From: the human T2T-CHM13v2.0 reference genome, Homo sapiens
Reading direction: 5' to 3' (one strand)
Assembly (NCBI RefSeq): GCF_009914755.1
Contig: NC_060936.1
DNA: 64,000 bases
A model generated the notes under the pieces. That model made no database searches. It was not told where the DNA came from and saw only the letters and a list, made by a program, of their open reading frames with translations. A program made the translations under genes and the position numbers. Numbering within the stretch: the first letter of the stretch is position 1; each line of letters starts with the position of its first letter. Of this stretch, positions 14,551-27,293 are shown piece after piece.

Positions 14551-14800
14551 AAAATACTTATGTTTAAAATTCTCATGTTTTTTATTAGAATTTAAACATT
14601 ATAATAAAATTAATTATGAAAAATCTAAATAAAATTAAATAAAAAATTCTAATCTGATTTTTAATCTAAAAAGTCTTTTATTATTAGAATTTAAAAATTC
14701 TAATAATAAAATTATTTCTTTAAAATACTTCCTCATGTTCTTTTTTATTATAATAATTAAAAATTTCTAATAATAAAAAAGAACATGAGGAAATATTTTT
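14551..14800. repeat. AT-rich cluster of inverted and direct repeats
   Basis: Perfect 17-bp arms 14676-14692/14695-14711; 28/29 arms 14722-14750/14771-14799. Confidence 0.9.
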
Positions 14801-15469
14801 AAAATGCGTGATACACTATAATAAATGTGATGATTACACTTCTTCAAGGACAGTGTCAAAAAAGGAAAAACAATACAAAAATCAAAGACTCTAAGATTGG
14901 GGCAAAAAAAAATTCCTGATATATGCTATTTACAAGAGAAAAGTTTAAAAGTTTTTAGTCATTATGTTTAAAATGACATAAAGCTGTAAATAAAATGAGA
15001 AGAATGTCAGGCAAATATAATAGCAAATGAAAAGCAGAAATACTCAACAGAATTCAAAGCAAAGAGGATACATGGAATGTAGAGGATTCGTTTTATAAAT
15101 GGTAAGAAAATGTACATCACAGATTAAAAAAAAAAAGAATGGTCCTGAATGAGCCAGAAAATGTACATGCAAATTTTAAGAACACTATTATAAATACAAG
15201 GAGATTCAAATGATAAATAATATAAACATATTGGATTTAAGTGATAGAACTAATAAGATTAACTTACATACTAAACTTGTAACTTATTTAGAAAAAACAC
15301 TTTATTTTCAAATTTCCATGTAGCCAAACAAAATCAATCCTATATTAGGCCATAGACAAATTGTTGAAAAATTCTAAAAAGCAAAAACTACGCATGCTAC
15401 ACCCTTTGTCTATAAAATACATATAGGATATTTATTAAAAATCCTAACATAAAAATATGCACTGAATTT

Positions 15470-15812
15470 GATAGGCCTTCCCAGATGCAAGTGATTTATT
15501 AAGGAAATATACTTAGGACAAATCTGTAAGTAAGGGAAATAGAATAATGCATTTGAGTGGGATGAGAGACTGAAGTCTAGTCTCAGTCACTCCCAGTGTA
15601 AACACACATCCAAATGACCCTGTAGAGGTGTCCGCCCTCAGGCAGAGCAGCAGGGCTTGGCTGGTGTGTCATGCCCAGAGTAAAGCAGATCTTCTTAGGC
15701 CAGGACAGTTTCCCAGAGAAGAGTGCAGCTATGTGGTCACAGTAGCTGGGAGACATTCATACTGATTAGTAAAAAAGGATTCCGGGTTGAGGACTGACAT
15801 CAACAACAGCCA
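15470..15812 (-). mobile_element. Old ERVL-type LTR (LTR16/LTR33 group) fragment
   Basis: TGCAAGTGATTTATTAAGGAA...CAGAGAAGAGTGCAGCTATG...GGATTCCGGGTTGAGG. Confidence 0.45.
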
Positions 15813-15879
15813 TGCTTTCAATTAACATTAATTTTAGCAGCTAGAAGGAGAAAACATAATGAAAGTAGTATAAGTAAGA

Positions 15880-16260
15880 AAAGGCTTTGTTTTTTTCATG
15901 AAACAGGAAGTCCAGAGGCAGGCAGTTTAGATCTGTGCATTAACTCCAGGACATTCTTAAGTATCTCTGCTTTTTCTCCCTGCCTGTCCCGCTCCATAGT
16001 ATCCTAAGCGTGTGGTTTCATTCTCATGTTGAAGATGACTGCTAAGCCTTTGGGCAAGTGACCATATCCAGGCAGGAACAAGGGGAAGGGTAGAGGACCT
16101 AAAAAAAGGCAACTAGTAGTAAGCTCTGTAAGACTTCTTCCAGAGCTCTCCTGGAAATACTACCTAGCGACTTCTGTTAATATCTCACTGGGTAGAACTA
16201 GACCCTACTTGTAAGGACTTGGCAAAAATGTTGGCTATCCACATTCTATAGGAAAGGAAG
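15880..16260 (-). mobile_element. MLT1 (J/K-like) LTR fragment
   Basis: AACAGGAAGTCCAGAGGCAGGCAG...AAGATGACTGCT...GACTTCTGTTAATATCTCACTGG. Confidence 0.55.
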
Positions 16261-16440
16261 GCAGATGAGAAGTGGGATTTGGAATGGCTCTAAACACCAA
16301 CAATGTTTACCAAATCAAACCATTTTACATTTGAGATAAATGACTCTCTTAATTAACTCTTAGGAAAATAGTCACTTTTACAATTTTATCATGCTTAGAA
16401 AATAACAGAGATTAAAAAGTACATATAAAATGATGCACAA

Positions 16441-18645
16441 GCGTCCTCCTCCTCCTCTTTCCGGGTGAGTGCTCCCCCAGTAGGCAGGCAGCATGGTGGC
16501 CAAGGAGACAGGTGGCTGGAGTCCCCAGGTCAATCTCTATTGTCCTACCTGCATCAACTGGGCATCCAAGGCTTGCAATTCTGCTCACAGAATATTTCAA
16601 AGAAAATTGAGCTGCTCACAAATTATTACATAAGAAAGCAAAAGATGAAAAGGAAAAGCAAGAAGTGTCTTTCTGGACTGTAGAAGGTGATATTAACACT
16701 GACCCGTGGGCCAGTGTTAATATCCATACACTGGTAAACTTAGGCCACATTATCCACTGATGACAACAAGACTGGTGCCAAGTTATAGGCAAAGATGATT
16801 TTACTGATCATTCCTTGGGAATGTCTGAATCTGAACAGGCTCTTAAAGATACTTCTCAAGTTAAATTTTTCTGATCTGAAGATCAAAAGGGATGCGACTT
16901 GTATCTAAGCTGCTAGAGAAGTGTTGAATATTGCTGCTGGGCTGGTTAAGCCAGGTGTAACTACTGAAGGAACAGACCATGCTGTACACTTAGAATGCAT
17001 TGCAAGAAATTGTTATCCTTCTCCTCTGAATTATTATACTTTCCCACAGAATTCCAGACAGTCCTTGGAAGAAGGTGATATTGTTAATGTCGACATCACT
17101 CTTTATTGCATTGGTTATGATGGGGACATGATTAAGACATATTTTATTGGCAGTGTGGATGAGGATGCACGGAAATTTGTTCAGACCACGTATGAGTGCC
17201 TCATGCAAGCCATCAATGCAGTGAAACCTGGTGTTTGATACAGAGAATTGGGAAACATATTTCAGAAGCCTGCCCAAGCAAATGAATTTTCAGTTGTTTG
17301 AAGCTATTGCGAGCATGGAGTCCACAAACTTTTTCATACAGCTCCCAATGCACTCCATTGTGCCTAAAATAAAGCAGTTGGTGTGATACAATCAAGCCAT
17401 GTATTTACAGTTGAGCCAATGATTTGTGAAGGTGGATGGCAGGATGAATCCTAGCCAGAAGGTTGGACTGCAGTGAGGAGACAGCTCGGTTCCACTATTC
17501 CTTGCTGGTCACAGACACTGGCTGTGAAATACTAACCTGGCAACTTGATAGTGAATAGCCTCACTACATATCCCAACTTTAATTTCTTCCAAAATAGCAC
17601 ATCTCAATAGTACCTTCTTACTGTACTATGCATTTTTGGGGGAGTAGAGAAAGGAAGGGGACATTTTTTATCATTTGTTTTGTTTTGACCAAAGGTAAGA
17701 AAGGACTATAGCAATTTCATGTGTGTCCTCAAGAACTTGTTTTGAGTCTAAAAAAGCTGAGAAGATTAAAGGAAACATTGCTCAACTCCTTTCAGTGCTG
17801 TCCCCTCCCTCTAAATCTTTCTACACACCCATTTTCTCATTATCAGGCTTTTTAAAGTTTAGATTATGGCAAAAGTAGCCATGCTCCCAGTGGTGGCTGA
17901 CTGTTGCAGGGCATGAGAATTTTGTAGTACACTGCTATGCCAAACCGCTAGTTGGTCAGAAATGGGAGGGGCAAAGCCCCTTTTCTTCTCTTCTTTATTT
18001 TATTTCAAGGGCATACCTTGGAGATTCTCAGAGAAGGGTGGACGGTGCACTGTGGAGGATGATGGGGAAAGAGTTCTAAAGTGTCTCCAGCTGTGAGCAC
18101 AGTGAGTCAAGTGTGCTGTTAGATTCTGTTTAGTAAACCTGATGGTGACTATAGCAGGGATGTAACTGTCCATGGTATCCTGAAAACACACCTCACCTTT
18201 ACATAGTTGAGAACCTCATTAGAAATGACCTCAGTTGCCCAATATCTATGTTCCTTTTGACAGTTGTCCAAATAGGAATGTATCCAATGACTACACATCA
18301 GATCCTAAAGTCATTGTCATTATTAGAGTGGACTTAATTAATGGGTATTTGCTAACTTTCATGTAATATAATTTCATACCACTGACATGTTATATCATAG
18401 TTGTAAGAGAATATCTTTTCCAGAGTGTCTGAGGCCTTATTGTTTTAAAATAGTTATAATAACATTTCCATTGCTTTTATTATTTTATTGATTTAGTAAA
18501 GTGACTATATCTGGTTTCAATTTGGGGGAGTATGTGTGTGAAGTTTTCATCAATCTGTAATATTTGTGATGGAATGCCTTGCAATGTAAACGTTAATATA
18601 ATGTGTAGAATGAGATGTAAAAGTTTAAATGACTATCAAAAAAGA
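16441..18645 (+). pseudogene. METAP1: Processed (retro)pseudogene of METAP1, methionine aminopeptidase 1
   Basis: ATG at 16493 (GGCAGCATGG) follows a short GC-rich 5'UTR remnant. Pieced-together translation follows MetAP1 without introns: zinc-finger remnant [130 protein letters not shown], with the stop at 17580-17582. Several premature stops (e.g. TGA 17236-17238 and 17299-17301, TAG 17452-17454), frameshifts and deletions. About 1 kb of 3'UTR-like sequence ends in a short A run near 18639-18644. The symbol names the parent gene. Confidence 0.95.
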
Positions 18646-19409
18646 TATTATGCAACGGGCATAGTAAAGCCTGAAAATAAGTAAACTAACAATTAAACAA
18701 ACTAAGCATTAGAAAAAAAGAGTAAAAATATATACTTGAGGAGAGTAAAGAAGAAAAAAGTCACCAAAAACAAAAGTTTAAATTTAAAAATTGGGATAAA
18801 AATGGGAAATGCCATTTTTAATTTAATATTTGTTCTTTGACAAGGTCATTACAATAGACCAATCCTTGGCAAGACATATAGGAAAACAAAGGAGAAAAGA
18901 AATGTATAATGTTAGAAATGGTGGTGGGAGGGATATAACAACATATTTTGGGTGTTTTTTCCCTTAACAATAAAGCAAATACTATGACAATTCTATATTT
19001 TTTAAAGAGGCCAAACAGGAATGAATTACAAACTTTTTAGTAAACCATAAATGACTAAAATTGATTTGACAGATAATATAAAACCATGGGGAAAATGGAT
19101 AAAGCAACCGTTAATTTTCAAAACACCATTGGTCAAATTGAAATGGAAACAACAGTCTGAGCAAAAAATCCTCAGCACAATTTAAAAATATAAATTTCAA
19201 AAGTTTTTTAAAATGTACATATTCTTTAGATATTTTGCTCGCAGGGATTTTTATTGGGGAAAGAATGAAAAGATATACATAAAGATTGATGTGACCAAGT
19301 ATGCAATATACCATAGTTTATTAGCACTACTTGTTATAGAAAGTATTGATAATAATTTCAGTATTCAACTGCAGAAAATTAATATATTCCATACAATGGA
19401 ATATATTAA

Positions 19410-19480
19410 TTAGGTTGAACTGTATCAAATTGCCACTATTGACCATTTCTAATCAACAAAAACAGTGAATTCAAACCTAA
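19410..19480. mobile_element. MADE2 mariner MITE
   Basis: TTAGGTTGAACTGTATCAAATTGCC...ACAAAAACAG...TTCAAACCTAA terminal inverted repeats. Confidence 0.7.
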
Positions 19481-22154
19481 TAAATACACACAAATACATA
19501 TTTATATATCCCAGTAATTTAACTGTGGTTATCTCTGACTGGGGCTCTTTTGGGTGATTTAAACAGTCTAATTAGATTCTAATACAGGAACAAAATAAGC
19601 ACATAACATGCATGTATTACTTTATAATATTTCACTAAATTATGAACTCTTGGGGAACAGGCATTTGGTTTTGGTAATCATTACATTCTTGGTGCAGAAG
19701 GAAATCTGAAAATATTTGTTGAATCAATGACTGAAAAAATATTTGTACTATAAAATAGGAAATGTTAAATTGCAAATGAGAAAAGCTAGAGAAATTGCTC
19801 ATTAAACCATTTGCCTCACCGTATGGAAGGGTCAGAGCAATTTTAAGCCTATAGTGCTTAATTTAGGCAGTAATTTTTCTGCAAAGTATTCAGTATGTAT
19901 AGTATCTGATAATGTTATGTCTATTTTCTAGCTATCTTTGAAAACATCTTATTAAATTTCATAAATTTAACATGTGGAGAACTAAGGAAAATTCCAATGA
20001 TAAATGGGGACATTCAACATTAAGAGAACATTCCCGCATAAAAGTTTGGAACAGAACTGCAGCATAATATTTTAATTTATCATAATGATTTATGAAATTA
20101 CATCAAATACATTTTACTGTCTCATTATCCAAAATTCTCAAATTTCAAAAATGAAATATTTGAAGATGTCAAATAATTATGTAGACCATGCTGACAGTCT
20201 GCCAGGAAACCTTCATTGCAGAATTGTAGTTGAGTTGTTTTCTCCTCTAGTGCATAGAGGGGCATGAGAAACCACTAACTGTGATGGTCTTTAATGTCAT
20301 GCAAAAGAACATTGAAATCCATATTTGCTCAGAAATCCTATTAGTGTCTCTATTGAGGAAACCTCAAAGAAAAGCACTGAAGTGTTAATGATTTGCCTAC
20401 AGAATTTTTTGTCCAAATGTTTGGATAAGCTGACAGGAATTAATTCTATAAAAATCCTTTCTTTCAAATTATTTCACTAATATAAAACTCCCTAATCCAG
20501 TAGCATTCTTTGACATTTTTCTTAATATCAAAATGCTAATTTTGCCTACATAATATTAATAAATGAAGCAGGCATTTTTTATTACTCTCTCTCCTTACTC
20601 ATAGGGTTGGTGTATATTTTAATTAGCTGCAAAAGTTACAACTGCCTTGTTATTTTTACTAGAAAATTTATTCTTGTAGTCACCTAATGGATATGATAAT
20701 CAGTACGGAGCCTAGAAGCTTCTGCATTCTGTTTATAAAAGAGACACAGTTCCTGGGTATGAATTTGGGCTCTGAGTGGAGACAGGTAAACCAGGAGAGA
20801 ATATTTATAAACACAGTAAGTAGATGTATTTGGTTATAATATTTTGTTGGCTGATGTTACACTTGATTTGCAGTTTTCAAAATACAAAATACAGTGCCCT
20901 TAAAATACAATGTTGCCTCCTAACGAAAAGCTTATAAACCTGAATAAGGCTATATTTTTTTTGCTTATTTTTTTTGGTCACAAACAAATAGCTTAAAAAT
21001 GATGGCTGAAATACGCATTCTAGATGTGGATTCCTTATGTTAAAAGTCAGATTTTTTTTCATAAATTAAAATATATTCAGTGGCAAAATTTGACAGCACA
21101 ATGTGGGGTTCATATTTTTACTATCAAGCTATTATTCTCAAAAGTGTTCAGGTAAGGAGGTCTTCCTGCCCTCCCCCTTCCCCTGCCAGAGGAAGAGGTA
21201 CAAGAGATTTTTGGCATCATGAGATAAAGAAAGGCAGCAGGCTTAAAAAGCAACTAAAGGACTTGATTGTGAGGAATTCTTTATTCCCAGTAGTGTTTGT
21301 TCAACGTTGAACTAGGAAGGGATTGCAGAATATTTCCAATTTGATAAAAAAAAGTATATAATACATTCTAAATATTTTATATTTAAAAAGAATAAATATT
21401 CTTTCTTGTCTTTTTACATTTATCTCTACTGCCACACAGCTCCATTTAATGGAATTTAGAAAGTTTGTCTCTGAAAGAGTACAGTCTTCAATTGATCCTC
21501 ACGTTTGTCAAGAACACTGATGCTTGATTTGATTGCAGCTCCAGCAGTTAAAGGAGTGTTCATTTCATGATCAAGTAGCCTGAAAACACTTCTTTAAAAT
21601 GAATGTTTCTTTTATATTTGGTGATTCACTGCTCACCAGGGTCTCTGTTCCTGGGTTTTCCCTGCAACTCTCCTTCTGACATTTCCATTAAACTATAAAA
21701 AGTAAGTGTTGACTGATTAACATCTTAAGAGCTCTGTAAAAAGCCATATTCATGAATCAAAGTCAGTGTGCCCCACTGGTAATTAACTTGACAAAATTCA
21801 GCTTTCCAAGCTAATCATCCTCTGGCTGCTTTATGTAATTGCTGTCAATTCAGATCTACAAAACAATTGGAGTCCACTAAAAGGCAGAGAGAGCATAAGA
21901 ACTAATGATTAGGCCAAGTTCTCTAGCTGAGAACATATTCTGATTAAAATGCTGGAGTATAATGAGGAAACAGAAACATTCAAAATGTTGACTTGAGGGT
22001 TCCACATTTATAATTATATGAAAACAGCCTATTTAAGATCAAACTAATGGTAAGGGTTAAGTGGTGAGATTCAATGTAATAAATATCCTAGGGTTTACCA
22101 CATAAAAGTTACTGAGCAAGACCCTGAAAAGGCAGTAGACCTTTAGGGCACAGC

Positions 22155-22395
22155 AGGGCATCGTGGATGAAGAGCACTGCTTCTGCACTGAGACATTTAA
22201 ATACTGGCCTTTGGCTAGTTGTGTGATTTGGGACAAACTGCTCAGCTTCATTCAGCCCACATTTTCTCATTAGGAAAATAGAAAAAATGATTTTACTTAG
22301 CTTATACATTTAAGGATTAATGCAAATAATGACTTAATCTGTTACCCGGAATTTCGTAGATGACAAATAACTATCACATATTCTATTATCATTAC
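22155..22395 (+). mobile_element. MIR
   Basis: CTAGTTGTGTGATTTGGGACAA...CACATTTTCTCATTAGGAAAATAG...AGGATTAAT. Confidence 0.65.
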
Positions 22396-24920
22396 AATTT
22401 ATCACTAAGGGAAAAGTCAAGTATGCAAATTAATATAACATAATAAGCATGCTAAGAAAAATACAGATGAAATTGCCCATTGTATTTACAAATGGAGAAC
22501 CAACATCTGGGTCAGGAAACCTTGAAGGAAGAGAAATTGATTTTGGAGGTGTTTTTTCACAAGAAGTATAATTTATCAACTAAGTTGAGAAGATTTATTT
22601 CAGTAAAGTTAGAGCAAAGTCATTCATCAGGAAAAGCATGATGTGCAACAGAGGAACAGTAAAACAATCATTTTACTAGGCATACGATTTTATGATAGTG
22701 TAAAAGAAGATTATACTGCAAAGAAGGGTTGGATAACTATTGTGGGTTGACTATTTAAATCATCATTGTTGAATGTTTCAAAGGATATTTTGTTCATTCC
22801 TTAAAGACCAGAATATTTCAATACCAAAGAGTTCCACAGAACCAAAACAGGCTTTCTCTCCCCATAAACTCTCAGTAGACATATATTCAATAATTAAAGC
22901 TATGTATACTTTCTTAGATTAAAATGACTAGCTTTTATGGAAGTCAATTTAGTACTCTTATTTAGAAGTGACAAGAAACTTCAAACAATGTAAGAAGATT
23001 CCTCAAAATACACATTTGGTACACACAAAGAAAGAAACGTAACTAGAATATTTTAAATATTATTAAAAGCCTATATTTGTTTGGCTAAGGCAATGGGCAT
23101 CGTTCCCATGGAAAAATCACCTATAGAGTTTATCAAATTAAACATCTCTTGGGCTGAGTCTTAAAAATTCTGATTTCATTTGTTTAGAGTGAAGCTCAAA
23201 GCATCAGTAATTTTCAAAGATATAAGGGAATCCTAACTGTGAGAAAGGAGACCAAAGATACTTCCTCTTTCTCTCCTCTGAAATCATGTAAACAAGAATA
23301 ACAAGAAAAATGTAAACCATGTTTTTGACAAAAATAGGGATATCTATAATCTTGAATCACAATTTAAGATGAAGAGCTGTCAAATGCAATAAATATCAAA
23401 TCAGCGTGCAGGAAGATACTGACAGAGGGCATATGCAGTTACATATCTCAGACACAGCCAGCCAAATGCAAACATTTTCCAGAACATTGGGGGATGCTAA
23501 AGAGGAAAATCTACAGTCCTCGGTTTGAGTCAATAGAAACAACATGTTTGAGCTGGCTGTAGAAACTCTCCTGTCCACCATTTGTTACTAAAGAGAGGTG
23601 GGGGAGGTAGGTCTCATTGAGGAAATCACATTGCTTGCCATCTTTGCTGGAAGAGACATGTGGAATAAGCAGAGGAGAAAACATCTATTGTGATTACCCT
23701 GCAGCTGTCTCAGAAAGATGGGGCAAGACATGCTGGCCTCATACAAACATCCAATCCCCAGGGTAAGCTGAAGGAAAAGGCAGCACTCTGTGAGCCAGGA
23801 CCAGTTTCTCTTAAATAGACCACTATTCGGACACACACAGACACACATACAGAATCAATCAATCAAACATGAGCACTTGGAAGTGTAAAAGGTATATAAA
23901 TTATAATGAAGATCTGGCAGTCATTAATACATAGGCACAAGTAAAATGGACAGAAATATAGTAATACAATATTCTAATTTATATAGGATATTCTAATTTA
24001 TCTCTCAGACCACGGCAAACAAATAGACCAAAAGTAATGCATAGATCTTAATAATATAAGTATAAGATATGGTTTAAAAAGCTCTTGCAATATTCACATG
24101 AGAAAAAAAATAATAGATTAGAAAGAAATCGCTAACATATTTCCCAAAGGAAAAGAATTAGCTTCACTGATCACAGTGAAATAAGTGGCTCTCACAAGTG
24201 GCTTTTGGGTTAAAGATGAAGTTCAGAGCAAAAGAGCAGATTACTTGGAAAGTAAATATAATAAAGCATTATATATGAAGACCTATGGTATACAATTTAG
24301 TCACAGTAACTAGAGACAAGTTCCTAGCCACAACCACTTGCATTGATAAAGAATGAAAATAAATAATTTCGGTAACTAACTCACACATAATAAAATAAGT
24401 TAAACAAATGAAAATATTTAATAATTTAAAGCAGAAAGTAATGTCTTAGAGAACAGACAAAACAGAGCTAATAAATCAACCCAATAACTGGGTCTTAAAC
24501 AAACAAACAAAGGAAAAACAATGGCTAACCTAATCAGGACGCTGATGGTGAAAGCACAAATACATTAAGAATTGGAAATGGGAAAATATCTCAAAGGCAG
24601 AAGACATTAAAAGAATTGCATAAGGTTAGTTTTTTCAACATTATAAAAATAAATTTTAAATCCTACACGAAATCAGTATTTTTCTAGGAAAATAGAAATG
24701 AGTGAAACTGATCCTTGAGAACACAGACCAATTGCTAAAGAAAAAAATTCAAAAACTTTATCATGGAGATATTCCCCCTTCCAAATCAGTATAAATCCAG
24801 ATTGATTGGTGGATTTTATATATAAATTTTTTATCTTCAAATAGTTTGAAGCACTACAAGAAACAGATGCTTGTAGCACTTCAAGCTATTTGAAAAGATA
24901 GGAAAATAAATATTTACACT

Positions 24921-24960
24921 TGTATTAGTCAGGGTTCTCTAGAGGGACAGAACTAATAGG

Positions 24961-24992
<32 letters not shown>

Positions 24993-25035
24993 ATATACAC
25001 ATATACATGGGAGTGTGTGTGTGTGTGTGTATATA

Positions 25036-25079
<44 letters not shown>

Positions 25080-25453
25080 TTTATTAAGTATTAATTTACA
25101 TGATAGCAAGGTCCCACAGTAGGCTGTCTGCAAGCTGAGGAGCAAGGAGAGCCAGTCTGAGTCCCAAAACTGAAGAACCTGGAGTCCGATGTTCAAGGAC
25201 AGGAAGCATTCAGCATGGGAGAAAGACGTAGGCTGGGAGGCTAGGCCAGTCTCTCCTTTCACTTTTTTCTGCCTGCTTTATATTCGCCGGCAGCTGAGTA
25301 GATTGCACCCACCAGATTAAGGGTGGGTTTGCCTTCCCCAGTCCACTGACTCAAATGTTAATCTACTTTGGCAGCAACCTCACAGACACACCCAGGATTA
25401 ATACTTTGTATCTTTCAATCCAATCAAGTTGACACTCAGTATTAACCATCACA
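24921..25453 (-). mobile_element. MLT2A1 (HERV-L) solo LTR
   Basis: TGTATTAGTCAGGGTTCTCTAGAGGGACAGAACTAATAGGA, internal (TG)n(TA)n microsatellite, GCAAGCTGAGGAGCAAGGAGAGCCAGTCTGAGTCCCAAAACTGAAGAAC, ending CAGTATTAACCATCACA. Confidence 0.92.
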
Positions 25454-26680
25454 CAATTATATTTTCTAATCTAGCATTACATTACTACCAAAATCTGACA
25501 AATTAAAAAGATATATAGACAATAGAACTTGAAACAAATATCAAAATAAAAGACTAGCAACTAGAATGAAACATCACAAATAAAGAGTAATATACCACCA
25601 CTAAGTGTGGCTTACTCTAGGAACTCAAATATGGTTCTGTATTGAGACATCATATTAAGAGATCATAAGAGAAAAATCAAATATTTAAATACATAGAGAC
25701 TGAAATTATTTGCATAATTCAGCATATATTCTGTATTTTTAGAAACTTTTAATAAGATAGTAATAGGCTTGTGTATTCTTAATAAATAATCTATAAATCC
25801 CAAAGTGATTTTGAAGAACAAGTGAAGGGGAACTGCTGTATCACATACCAAATTTAGCATAATTTCATAATAATATGATATTTGTTCAGAGTGTACAATG
25901 TTGAACAAAACATAGAGCTCGGAAACTTATATTGATGTCATTATATGGATACACCAACTAGTGGGGGAAAAGAAAACTATTCCACAAATGGCACTGGGAA
26001 AATTGCTGTTTTATTTTGGGAGATGGGGCAGAAATTTTTACTTCATACTAATAAAATCAAGTCCATTAGAATTTTGAAGGGTAAAAAAAATTTAATCTTT
26101 AGAAAAACAATTTATGAAAATATGTGGGTGACTTTTGTGTTGTGAAGCATTTCTTAAACAAATTACAGAAAGCAAAAGGGAAAGATTAAAAATGTAAAGC
26201 TTCATTTTGACAAAGGACATCATTAAATACAGTTTGAAGTCAAGCCATAAACTAGCGAAAGTAATATACAAGACCTACAATTGAAAAGGAACCACAAACA
26301 AGATATAAAAATTTTATAACTCAGTAACTGAGAGATAAATGACCCGTTAATAAAGGGTCAAATATTGTGAACAGGCATATCAGAGAAGAGAAAATCTCAA
26401 TAGTCAATAAATACATGAAATGAGGCTCCATGGCACTAACAGTCAAAGAAATGCAAAATAAAACTACAGAGATTTAATGTTTTGTGTCTACCAAATTTGC
26501 AAAAATTAAAAAGCATAGCAGTGGAGAGTTGTACCTGTAGTCGATGGGATTTTGAACTAGTAAAAGCACTCTGGAGCTCAATCTGGCAATATTTAGTACC
26601 ATAGAAGATTCATAGGTTCACAGAAGATTCATAGATTCAACCTAGCAACTTCACTTCTAAAAATATATGCTGGAGAAGAA

Positions 26681-26839
26681 CAGTGGTTCTTAACCTTGGG
26701 TGCACATGACAGTCATACCAGTACCCAGGCTGCACTACAAACCAGTTAAATCAGAAATACCAGAGACATTTTTCTGGCATCAGTATGTTATAAAGCTCCT
26801 CAGGGGATTCTAGTGTGCAGTGGAGCTTAAGAACCCATG
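26681..26839. mobile_element. MER5-family MITE
   Basis: TIRs CAGTGGTTCTTAACCTT...AAGAACCCATG; CTCCTCAGGGGATTCTAGTGTGCAG. Confidence 0.7.
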
Positions 26840-27156
26840 TAGGAGACTCTCTCACAAATACCTAAGAAAAATGAGAAGAAATCTATGAGCATATTAATTT
26901 TAATCTTGTTTGTAATAATGAAAAACTGCATTTCAAATGAGTAAAAAACTTGGATAGTCAATAAGGATAAATCTCAAAATCTCAGCATTTAGTTTAAAAA
27001 GCTAGTTGCAGAATGAAACATATTGTACCATTTATATAAGATTTGAAGGCATGCAAAACAATCCTCTAAAATGTTCTTGATCACATAATGTGCAGCGTTT
27101 TGAAATGTGTAAGAATGATTAAAAAACAATTTCAGGATATTTCTAGACCTCAGGCA

Positions 27157-27293
27157 TAAGGATGTCAGATTTAGCAAATAAAAATACATTCAAATTGTAT
27201 ATCATATGAGACATACTTATACTAAATATTTATTCATTGTTTATCTGAAATTCAAACTTAACAGGGAGTCTTGCATTTTATATGGCAATCCCA
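27157..27293. mobile_element. MER53 hAT MITE, left arm partly deleted
   Basis: CAGATTTAGCAAATAAAAATACA...GACATACTTATACTAAA..ATTCATTGTTTATCTGAAATTCAAACTTAAC..GGCAATCCCA. Confidence 0.8.

Noticed and set aside
16921-17238. 105-aa ORF with MetAP1 similarity as a functional CDS
   Set aside because: It starts at GTG inside the pseudogene, lacks the zinc finger and C-terminal metal ligands, has an internal deletion and ends at a CGA>TGA-type stop.
21134-21162. Isolated strong + strand donor CAG|GTAAGG (also CAG|GTAAGT near 60586)
   Set aside because: No convincing acceptor or coding frame; such matches are expected by chance in 64 kb.
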